A stretch of 64,000 nucleotides of DNA from Candidatus Bathyarchaeota archaeon (GTDB taxonomy: Archaea; Thermoproteota; Bathyarchaeia; Bathyarchaeales; Bathycorpusculaceae). Positions 50,577 through 59,294 of the stretch are shown here, one piece after another. The stretch lies in NCBI GenBank assembly GCA_963775465.1, contig CAVZIW010000010.1, positions 42,866 through 106,865 on the forward strand, in the 5' to 3' direction. The position numbers and the translations under genes are program-made. The first letter of the stretch is position 1. Every line of letters starts with the position of its first letter. The notes below the pieces were generated by a model that did no database searches, was not told the DNA's origin, and saw only the letters and a program-made list of their open reading frames with translations.

Positions 50577-51267
50577 ATGATAAACAAAGACGCAGATAAT
50601 TCGGTCAAAGATGAAGAAATCGTAGTAAATAAAGTATACGAACTAATGGAAACCCTTGACACGGTCAAAAAATACAATGTACTCCAAAAGCATTTTAATA
50701 AATTCGCCATTATCGTTATCAGCTCTATCGTTCTTTTAATAGTCATCAACACTTACCTAAATCTCTCCGGTTTGTTGAATAATTTCACTCAACCCCAACG
50801 ATTCTTTCTGACATTTCTTCTTATAGTAATACCTCTAAGTGGAGATGCTGTTGGCATTCTATATATAAGACGAAAAATCAATGCTGTCAAAACAGGCGAG
50901 TGGAAAGATGAGCTTTCCAAAGGGTTCCCCTTTGCCCTAAAAATGCTTTCAGAAATTAATTGGGATTTATCTTTCGACGTTGCCTCATCGAGTAAACTGA
51001 GTTATGCAATGTACGGTCTAGTGAAAAGGGGTAGCCTACTGGACTGTAACCTATTTCGCATTAGGCTTTGCCTTCAACCTTACCTCTTTTTTAATACTGA
51101 ACCAAACAAGAGTGTTTGGTGGAGCTTCATTGTGGATTTCACTTCTCATAGTTTTTGCATATTTGAAAACGGATCTTTCTAGACGTTTTAATGAGATTCG
51201 AGAGCTAGATAAACTGCACTGGGATCTGCGGAGAGTAAGTTATGAGGTCAGAAACGCAGAGATATAA
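50577..51267 (+). pseudogene. Frameshifted membrane protein
   Basis: Frame change in the AAAAGGGG run near 51024-51031; the shifted frame continues GVAYWTVTYFALGFAFNL..RELDKLHWDLRRVSYEVRNAEI* to 51267. Confidence 0.65.
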
Positions 51268-51538
51268 ACCAGATCTTTATGTTATAGCTCGAATCATTAA
51301 AGTACTTAAAGAAAAAGACCACTTGCATAAGACTGCTCTTGCTACTTGCACAGGTTTGTCTTATGATAAATTAATCAAGTATCTTGCATGGTTGTCAGAG
51401 AAAGGCTTCATTGAAATCAACAAAGAAGAGTTTGTTGTTTTGACAAAACAGGGATCCGAAGCATACGATGAACTTGTACAGTGGATAATGAAGAATATAG
51501 GTCAGCTAAAGTTTCCCAGATTGCGCTTAAAAACATAG
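51242..51538 (+). CDS. Winged-helix DNA-binding protein
   Basis: KTALA...GLSYDKL.KYL.WL.EKGFI..LTKQG. Confidence 0.8.
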   Translation: MRSETQRYKPDLYVIARIIKVLKEKDHLHKTALATCTGLSYDKLIKYLAWLSEKGFIEINKEEFVVLTKQGSEAYDELVQWIMKNIGQLKFPRLRLKT

Positions 51539-51919
51539 TTTTTTTGCTTTTTACCTTATTGTATGGGCTATTCTTTAGTCTAACGATTTGCTACAATCAA
51601 GAGAACTCGTTTTTCCTCTTCTGCGCGTGCTTTGTTACTTACTGAGGCCAGTATGTCACTAACCTACTCAATAGCTTTTGTTAACTTTAGTCATATAATC
51701 AACTAATAAGACTTCAAAACTCGGGCCATAATAAGGATCTCGATAAAATTAAAGAATTAAACAAATCGCAATTTCCTGATGTTGAACTTCTTTATGTTAC
51801 GACTGGACCAGCTGAGAGCTTCCTTCGGGTTACTAAATCGACGCCTTTTGAGAGGCAGGATTTTTCTGTGCGATTACTCTACAATATTGAAGGGTTGTAG
51901 ATTCTTTTTAGTTTCTTGA

Positions 51920-52002
51920 GGGCAAAAATACCATACAATAACCATAGTGAGTTAGGTTATTCATTCTCCTTTAACCTAAAAATCCAGAACCCCAGCAAAC
52001 CC
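51920..52002 (+). ncRNA. Truncated copy of the BHB RNA element (3' half only)
   Basis: ATAGTGAGTTAGGTTATTCATTCTCCTTTAACCTAAAAATCCAGAACCCCAGCAAACCC is nearly identical to 57760-57819; 5' arm missing. Confidence 0.6.
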
Positions 52003-52365
52003 TTAATGTTTTGCATAAATCCTATTTCTTTTTAGATATATTGAATGTTGTGTTGTTTGTGCTGTCTTGTTTTTAATATTTATTTTTCATGGACCTGATT
52101 TTGTAAGTAAAATGTTCAGTTTGAAATTATACAGTTTTTCATGTTATTTATTCTATTAATTTATATAGCTAATATTTTGTCGAACTAATTCGATTAAAAA
52201 CTTAATTGCTTATATAGAATGATTCATAACATCGTTATAAAATTAATATAATCGTAAATTTGCAAAGTTATATATACTAATTGCAAACAAAATATGCACT
52301 CTGTTAAGCAAATTTATTCTAGTGAACTTGTTTAACATTAAAGAAATAAAATTGGAGAAAATAAA

Positions 52366-54924
52366 ATGAAAAAACTAAACAAGAAATCATTCTCTTTAAT
52401 TTCATTGTTTCTAATGCTATCAATGGTTATCCCCTTTGCAGCCGTTCCTGCTACAACTGCCCACACACCAGCATGGGAGATTCCCTCTTTCGCTTACATT
52501 GCTGCGCAACCAAGTCCCGTGGGCGTAGGGCAACAAGTACAGGTTTACATGTGGGTTGACGCACCTTTAACATCAGCCTCCGAAGCCAACGACATAAGAA
52601 GACACGACTACACCCTAACGATCACAAAGCCTGATGGAATTAAAGAAACAGAGCAGTGGCCAATCATTTGGGATACAACCGGCGTACAATTTTATTCATT
52701 CACACCCGACCAAGTTGGCGACTACACTCTGCTATTTGAGTACAAAGGCCAAGAATATACTTGGAACACAACGTACTCTACAAGAACTTGGGCAGGAGAT
52801 ATTTTTCTGGCAGACAGCGCAACAACAACATTAGTTGTGCAACAAGAACCATTAACTCCACCTATACTAAGTTATCCAATCCCAAGCGAATACTGGACTA
52901 GACCCATAGAAGGACAGAATACCGATTGGTATAGTATCTCCTCCAACTGGCTCAATTCTCCATTCAATTGGGTCGGAGACAGTGGCACACAGGGTGCAGT
53001 GTCATCTTGCGATACCCAAGGCGGTTACGGCAGATTACAGCCAGACGGTATTGCACCTAACAGCCCACACATAATGTGGACAAGACCTATGCAGGACGGC
53101 GGAGTTGTTGGCGGCGACATATATGCTGTCGAAGGCGAAACATACTACATGGGAGGTTCTTACAATGTTAGATTCAGGGACGCAATAGTGATGTATGGAC
53201 GGCTATACTTTGAACAATCTTGGGGTAATTCGGGTAGCGGCGGAGACTACATTTGCATTGATTTACGAACTGGAAAAGAACTATGGCGACTTGATGCTTC
53301 AACTATCGCTTCAGTTGGAAAACCAGTTACAGGTTACCTCTACTGCTATGACATGATGAACCAACACGGTGTCATACCGAACGGTTTGTTATTCACCCAA
53401 AACTTTGCAAGAGCATACGACCCAATGACAGGAAGAGTCCTTGATCTTAACATAACCAATGTTCCTAGAGGCATAGCGGCACCCGGACCACAAGGAGAAG
53501 TTCTAAGATACGTATACAGTTCTGCATCTCAAAGTTTAGCTCAGTGGAACTCATCAAATGTATTTGTAACCCAAACTTCTGGAACTATAGATGCAGGCAC
53601 TGCTGCACGTTACGACTGGAACAAAACATTAGCCCTTTCTGGAACATGGACCATCAATAGGCACATTATACCAGGTAATCTATTGCTTATGGAGCAAGGT
53701 AACTTTGGGGGGCCTAGAAATCCACAACCAGGTATGAACATAACCGCAGTTAGCATTAAGCCAGAAACAGCAGGACAAATCTTATGGACTAAATTTTATT
53801 CTGTAGCGCCAAATAACGAAACCAGAAAAGTGATGGCAATCGATGAAGATTCAGGTGTATTTGTAACTCAAGACAAAGAAAGCTTGCGACTTACTGGTTT
53901 TAGCGTCATCGATGGAAGCCAAGTGTGGACTGTTGAACCTGACGATGCAAAATGGGATACAATGCGAAGCACATCTTTAGTAGCCTACGGCAATCTCTAC
54001 GTTTCTGGCTTTGATGGCGTACTACACTGCTATGATATGAAAGACGGCAATCTACTTTGGACCTACGGCAATGGTGGTGTTGGAAACTCTACTTACTCCG
54101 GTCTTGAGACTGCATGGGGTCATTATCCGCTCTTTGTAGACGTTATCGCTGATGGAAAAGTGTACTTGGGCTCATCTGAGCACTCTCCTGACTCGCCATT
54201 CTATAAAGGTACTCAGTTCCGTTGTATCAACGCTTCCACAGGCGAAGAAATTTGGACAATGATGGGTTGGGGTACAGGTATGTATGTAGGCCAAAGCGAC
54301 ATAGTGGCAGAAGGATTCTTCATCTACCTGAACTGTTATGACATGCAAATTTACTCTGTTGGCAGAGGACCTAGCGCCATGACAGTTACGGCACCTGACG
54401 TTGCTGTTGCGCTCGGTTCATCAATTACCATCAAAGGCACAGTCACTGACATCTCTGCAGGCACAAAACAGGATGAACAAGCTGCTCGATTCCCTAACGG
54501 TGTTCCAGCGGTATCTGATGCAAGCCAAAGCGCTTGGATGGAGTACGTCTATATGCAAAAGCCACGTCCAATGGATACAATTGGTGTTCCAATCGTACTG
54601 AGCGTTGTTGACTCAAACGGTAACTACCGAGACATTGGAACAACCACTAGTGATGCTAATGGATTCTTTAGCTTAAACTGGATGCCAGATATTGAAGGCG
54701 CATACACTGTCTACGCATCTTTCGCAGGCAGCGAATCTTACTGGCCATCGCACGCTGTAACAGCATTTAGCGTAGATTCGGCACCAGCAACACCCGCACC
54801 AACAGAAGCACTTGTATTATCGATGACAGATGCATACTTTGTTCCTGCAGTCGCAGGCATAATCGTCGCGATAGCCATAGTCGGTATTGTACTGGCTCTA
54901 TTGCTCATAAGAAAACGACCATAA
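52366..54924 (+). CDS. PQQ-like beta-propeller membrane-anchored protein (paralog C)
   Basis: Same family motifs; TM helix + RKRP. Confidence 0.9.
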   Translation: MKKLNKKSFSLISLFLMLSMVIPFAAVPATTAHTPAWEIPSFAYIAAQPSPVGVGQQVQVYMWVDAPLTSASEANDIRRHDYTLTITKPDGIKETEQWPIIWDTTGVQFYSFTPDQVGDYTLLFEYKGQEYTWNTTYSTRTWAGDIFLADSATTTLVVQQEPLTPPILSYPIPSEYWTRPIEGQNTDWYSISSNWLNSPFNWVGDSGTQGAVSSCDTQGGYGRLQPDGIAPNSPHIMWTRPMQDGGVVGGDIYAVEGETYYMGGSYNVRFRDAIVMYGRLYFEQSWGNSGSGGDYICIDLRTGKELWRLDASTIASVGKPVTGYLYCYDMMNQHGVIPNGLLFTQNFARAYDPMTGRVLDLNITNVPRGIAAPGPQGEVLRYVYSSASQSLAQWNSSNVFVTQTSGTIDAGTAARYDWNKTLALSGTWTINRHIIPGNLLLMEQGNFGGPRNPQPGMNITAVSIKPETAGQILWTKFYSVAPNNETRKVMAIDEDSGVFVTQDKESLRLTGFSVIDGSQVWTVEPDDAKWDTMRSTSLVAYGNLYVSGFDGVLHCYDMKDGNLLWTYGNGGVGNSTYSGLETAWGHYPLFVDVIADGKVYLGSSEHSPDSPFYKGTQFRCINASTGEEIWTMMGWGTGMYVGQSDIVAEGFFIYLNCYDMQIYSVGRGPSAMTVTAPDVAVALGSSITIKGTVTDISAGTKQDEQAARFPNGVPAVSDASQSAWMEYVYMQKPRPMDTIGVPIVLSVVDSNGNYRDIGTTTSDANGFFSLNWMPDIEGAYTVYASFAGSESYWPSHAVTAFSVDSAPATPAPTEALVLSMTDAYFVPAVAGIIVAIAIVGIVLALLLIRKRP

Positions 54925-54984
54925 GAAAATCAAAAAAACAATCTTTCCCTTTTTTTAGTCAATAAATTTGCATTGGAGTAGAAT

Positions 54985-55092
54985 GGGGGCTGAGAGGGCT
55001 CTGGTTACACTTCAAAATAGCCATAAGCTGTTGAAAGAGAGTTTGCATTTTCTCTTTTCTCCATTTAGTTGGCCAGAGCCTCAGCAAACCCT
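54985..55092 (+). ncRNA. BHB-closed structured RNA element, copy 2
   Basis: GGG-GCTG-AGA-GGGCTCTGG...CCAGAGCCT-CAGC-AAA-CCC; stem differences from copy 1 are G-U compatible. Confidence 0.75.
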
Positions 55093-55200
55093 TCTGACTT
55101 GACCAATTTGTAGCAAGCCTGACCTTAAACAAGTTTTAAATAAGTAAGAAAACATAGGCAGATTGCACATTTTCGTGTAGCAAATGCAGGAGAGAAGAGA

Positions 55201-57663
55201 ATGGCTAAAAAAAGAATATTAAAAGTATTTTCTTTGATTGTATTGTTTGCTTTTGCAGCCTCACTGATAACATGTTATCCGCTTACAAGTGCGCAGTCGG
55301 TCGATACGAAAGAAAGCTATGCTGTAATCATGGCTGAACCTGACCCCGTTGGAGTTGGCCAGAACATGCTACTCGTATTGGGCATATCAGAGCCACTGCC
55401 AAACATCGCCTACCAATGGACAGGTCTAACAATTACTGTTACAAGGCCTAATAACACCACTGAAACCCTTGGTCCATACAACACTGACCCCACAGGCACA
55501 ACATTTGCATCATACGTTCCCCTCCAAATAGGAACATATTCTTTCCAAACAAACTTTCCAGGAAACTGGCTTAACACAACTAGCTTTGACAGATGGTACA
55601 AGCCCAGCACCAGCCACGTAGTTTCTGTCGTCGTACAACAAGAACCCGTGTCGATGCCCCCCGCAGTTCCTCTTCCAACAGAGTATTGGACACGCCCAAT
55701 AAACACTGAAAACCAGCAATGGTTCCAAATCGGAGGAAACTGGCTAATGGCATACTATGATGGCAACACTAATCCTTTTAACCCATACACATCAGCACCA
55801 AACAGTCCCCACATTATGTGGACAAAAGAGATGGATTTCGGAGGAATAGTTGGAGGCAACTATAGCGATACTGCTTTCTACTCTGGCGAGTCTTATGAAA
55901 ACAAATGGGATCCACCAGTAATAATGGACGGAAGACTCTATTATAACAAACGATTAGGCTCATCTTCGATACTTGGAATGACTTGCGTTGATTTAGAAAC
56001 TGGCAAAGAAATCTGGTTCCAAGATGGCGTTACCCTTAGTTTTGGTCAACTGCTGAATTTTGATTCACCTAACCAACATGGAATAATACCTTATCTATGG
56101 TCAACCAGCGGTACTACTTACAAGATGTACGATGCCTTCACAGGTCAACATATTCTAGATATTACAAATGTCCCAGGAGGCACATTAATTTTTGGTCCTA
56201 AGGGTGAACTCTTGAAGTATAATCTTTTTACCCAGGGCGGTGTTTTAAAACTTAGCCTTTGGAATTCCACGGCAGTTGATGGTTTTCTGTCAACAAGCTA
56301 TGGTGAAGAGTCACCATTATGGAGACCTCCCACAAATGGAGTGCTTAATGGAACTACTGGAACTATGTGGACAGTAAATACTACTGCTGTTTCTGGGAGC
56401 CCGCGAACTTCCACTATTGTTGATGATGTATTAGTTGCTACTGCTAACAGTCCTGAACAGACTGCCAGAGGATTATACACCCAAGAAACAGGATGGTTGC
56501 ATTACGGTTTTAGTTTGAAAACTGGTTCTGAAGGGCACCTTATTTGGCAAAAAACACGTACTGTGCCAGGTAACATGACATTGATGATTACTGGCGCCCG
56601 AGGTACCGTTGCTGCCGCAGGGATCTATACAGCACTTCTAAAAGAATCAAAACAATACTTAGGCTACGATGTTCAAACAGGAAATCAGTTATGGATAACT
56701 GATTCTGTTGAAAGCGATTGGTCAATGTTCCAGATGGGTGGTCAAGCTATTGCATACGACAAGTTCTACACAGCAACCTATAGTGGGGAAGTTAATGCAT
56801 ACAACATAGCGGACGGTACAACGGCTTGGACGTACTTTGATGGAAGCAGCGGTGTTAGTACTCCCTATGGACACAACCCATTCTGTGCAGGTGTTACTGG
56901 TAGCGCTTCAGTAGTTACAGTTGCAGACGGCAAAGTCTTTGCGATTAACAATGAGCACTCGCCAAGCATGCCTCTCTATAGAGGTTATCAGTTGCATGCA
57001 ATAGACGCGGAAACAGGAGAAGGATTATGGACTATACTTGGATGGTATCAACACCCAGTTATTGCCGACGGTTCTCTTGTGACATTAAACGCTGCTGACA
57101 ACCGCATATACAGTTTTGGAAAAGGTCCAAGTGCGTTGACAGTCGAGGCACCTATGGCTGGTATAGCACAAGGCTCAAGTATAGTAATTCGAGGACGAGT
57201 AACTGACATTGCAGCTGGAACAGAGCAAGTCGCTGCTAGATTCCCGAATGGAGTTCCCGCAGTCTCAGACGATAGCATGAGCCATTGGATGGAGTATGTT
57301 TACATGCAACAGCCTTTCCCAACAAATACAACAGGCGTTCCAGTGATGATTAACGTCATCGACTCTAACGGCAACTACCGCAACATCGGAAATGCTACAA
57401 GCGATTCATCAGGCATGTTTAGCCTAAGCTGGAACCCTGACATCGAAGGAGCTTACACTGTGATAGCTACATTTTCAGGTTCAGACTCTTATTGGCCATC
57501 ATATTCTGAAACAAGTTTTGTTGTTGATCCAGCAGCACCAACTGCGTCACCGTATCCAGTAACAACTATGCCTCCTACAGAAATGTACATCGCTGCCAGC
57601 ACGGTTGCTATCATCATTGCTATTGCCATAGTCGCAGTATTATTGTTGAGAAAACGGCCATAA
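55201..57663 (+). CDS. PQQ-like beta-propeller membrane-anchored protein (paralog D)
   Basis: Same family motifs; TM helix + RKRP. Confidence 0.9.
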   Translation: MAKKRILKVFSLIVLFAFAASLITCYPLTSAQSVDTKESYAVIMAEPDPVGVGQNMLLVLGISEPLPNIAYQWTGLTITVTRPNNTTETLGPYNTDPTGTTFASYVPLQIGTYSFQTNFPGNWLNTTSFDRWYKPSTSHVVSVVVQQEPVSMPPAVPLPTEYWTRPINTENQQWFQIGGNWLMAYYDGNTNPFNPYTSAPNSPHIMWTKEMDFGGIVGGNYSDTAFYSGESYENKWDPPVIMDGRLYYNKRLGSSSILGMTCVDLETGKEIWFQDGVTLSFGQLLNFDSPNQHGIIPYLWSTSGTTYKMYDAFTGQHILDITNVPGGTLIFGPKGELLKYNLFTQGGVLKLSLWNSTAVDGFLSTSYGEESPLWRPPTNGVLNGTTGTMWTVNTTAVSGSPRTSTIVDDVLVATANSPEQTARGLYTQETGWLHYGFSLKTGSEGHLIWQKTRTVPGNMTLMITGARGTVAAAGIYTALLKESKQYLGYDVQTGNQLWITDSVESDWSMFQMGGQAIAYDKFYTATYSGEVNAYNIADGTTAWTYFDGSSGVSTPYGHNPFCAGVTGSASVVTVADGKVFAINNEHSPSMPLYRGYQLHAIDAETGEGLWTILGWYQHPVIADGSLVTLNAADNRIYSFGKGPSALTVEAPMAGIAQGSSIVIRGRVTDIAAGTEQVAARFPNGVPAVSDDSMSHWMEYVYMQQPFPTNTTGVPVMINVIDSNGNYRNIGNATSDSSGMFSLSWNPDIEGAYTVIATFSGSDSYWPSYSETSFVVDPAAPTASPYPVTTMPPTEMYIAASTVAIIIAIAIVAVLLLRKRP

Positions 57664-57718
57664 AACCAAAAATTCCTTTCTCTTTTTTTTAGTCTCTTGA
57701 TGCAATGGAGAAATATGT

Positions 57719-57819
57719 GGGCTGAGAGGGCTTTGGAGCAAAATCACAGTACAATAGCTATAGTGAGTTAGGTTATTCATTTCTCCTTTAACCTAAAAAT
57801 CCAGAGCCCCAGCAAACCC
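57719..57819 (+). ncRNA. BHB-closed structured RNA element, copy 3 (different interior)
   Basis: GG-GCTG-AGA-GGGCTTTGGA...TCCAGAGCCC-CAGC-AAA-CC; interior hairpin TTAGGTTA/TAACCTAA with loop TTCATTTCTCCTT. Confidence 0.72.
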
Positions 57820-57866
57820 AATAACTATCTACTTTTGTTTACCCCCTGGTCCATTTTGGAACACCT

Positions 57867-57960
57867 GTGGATTTGAACCCAAGCGAAAGTGGAGATATCA
57901 CCCGCAGTTCCCCTTTTTTTCTAACTGATGCCAGTGAGCAAAACAACATTAGGGACTAGC
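57867..57960. repeat. tRNA T-loop-linked dispersed repeat
   Basis: GGATTTGAACCCAAGCGAAAGTGGAGATATCACCCGCA..TGATGCC..TTAGGGACTAG, homologous to about 47294-47390. Confidence 0.6.
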
Positions 57961-58037
57961 TTCTTGCGAGTTGTGACTGCGCCATTGCAACAACACATCT
58001 TTATGAACAATGTTGGAATAGGGAAATTAGGAGATTT

Positions 58038-58667
58038 TTGATGAGTATTTTGGAAAAAATAAAATCATTTACTTTGCCCAGTCTGCCCTATGACTACAAC
58101 GCTCTTTCACCTTATGTTTCAGAAGAACAGTTGAAACTTCATCATGACAAACACCATCAAGCCTACGTTAATGCTGCCAACGCAGCCTTTGAGAAAATGG
58201 ACAAAGCAAAACAAGACCCAAGCATAAGTCTGGACATGAAAGCTTTAGCAAAAGAGCTATCTTTCAACGTCGGCGGTCATATGTTGCACACGCTTTTTTG
58301 GGAGAACATAGCACCATCAGGTAAAGGTGGAGGAGGATCGCCGTCAGGAGCAGCTTTAGAAATGATTAACATGGGTTTTGGAAGCTTTGAGCAATTTAAA
58401 AAACAGTTTTCTACCGCTGCAATCAGTACGGAAGGTTCAGGTTGGGCAGTGCTAGCCGCACACCCATGTATTGGAAGACCATTTATCCTGCAAATTGAAA
58501 AACACAACGTAAACGTGATTCCAGATTTTCAAGTCTTGATGGCTCTCGATGTTTGGGAACACGCTTACTATATCGACTACAAAAATGAAAGGGCAAAATA
58601 TGTCGAAGCCTTCTGGAACATAGTCAATTGGGAGAAAGTCAACAAGAACCTCAGCCTAATTAAGTAA
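58038..58667 (+). CDS. sod: Fe/Mn superoxide dismutase
   Basis: [28 protein letters not shown]. Confidence 0.96.
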   Translation: MMSILEKIKSFTLPSLPYDYNALSPYVSEEQLKLHHDKHHQAYVNAANAAFEKMDKAKQDPSISLDMKALAKELSFNVGGHMLHTLFWENIAPSGKGGGGSPSGAALEMINMGFGSFEQFKKQFSTAAISTEGSGWAVLAAHPCIGRPFILQIEKHNVNVIPDFQVLMALDVWEHAYYIDYKNERAKYVEAFWNIVNWEKVNKNLSLIK

Positions 58668-59294
58668 GTTAAATCTTGCTTTTTTTATTCTAATTAGAGT
58701 AAATTGTTCTGTTCGTCCGATTAAACTATTTTGCGATTTCATAACTACCACTACTCAACTCAATGACAGTGTTTACTCAAGAACTCTTCGATTGAAAGCT
58801 ATTGCCAAAAATATTAAGCTCAGGTTAGAATGATTTTGAACTAAGATTTGTGCTTTGGATCTGATTTCTAACTAGCTGCGCTCCTCCTCATATCCCGTCA
58901 ATATTCCCCACAATCGCCAAAACAGCACGACAAAACAATTTCTCTTTAAGAGGTATTGTTTTTTTCAGTATTAATGCGGTCGAGCGCGCGCGCACTTTCA
59001 GCTCAAAAGGCATAGTTGCACACAGAAACTCCTGTCTTCGGAAAACACCATTTCTCGGTTGAAAGTCAAATAATCAAGTCCTTGCATGAAAGTGTCAAAA
59101 ATGGGGTTTACAAAGAGAAGGATGCTTCATTGGTTGCCATTCAATTAATCGGTGTCTTCATTAAAGAACACAAAAAAGAAATATCGAGAGCCAAAAAAGA
59201 CTTAAGAAAACGATTTACTCGATTTCAGCCAAAAAACTTTGCTAAACTATAAAAGGACAAAACACGTTTTAAACATAATTTCAGGTTAATTGTT

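Noticed and set aside
57891-57932. GGAGAT...CTAACTGATGCC resembling a fluoride riboswitch
   Set aside because: No P1 complement to GGAGA and no fluoride-related gene downstream; better explained as part of the dispersed repeat
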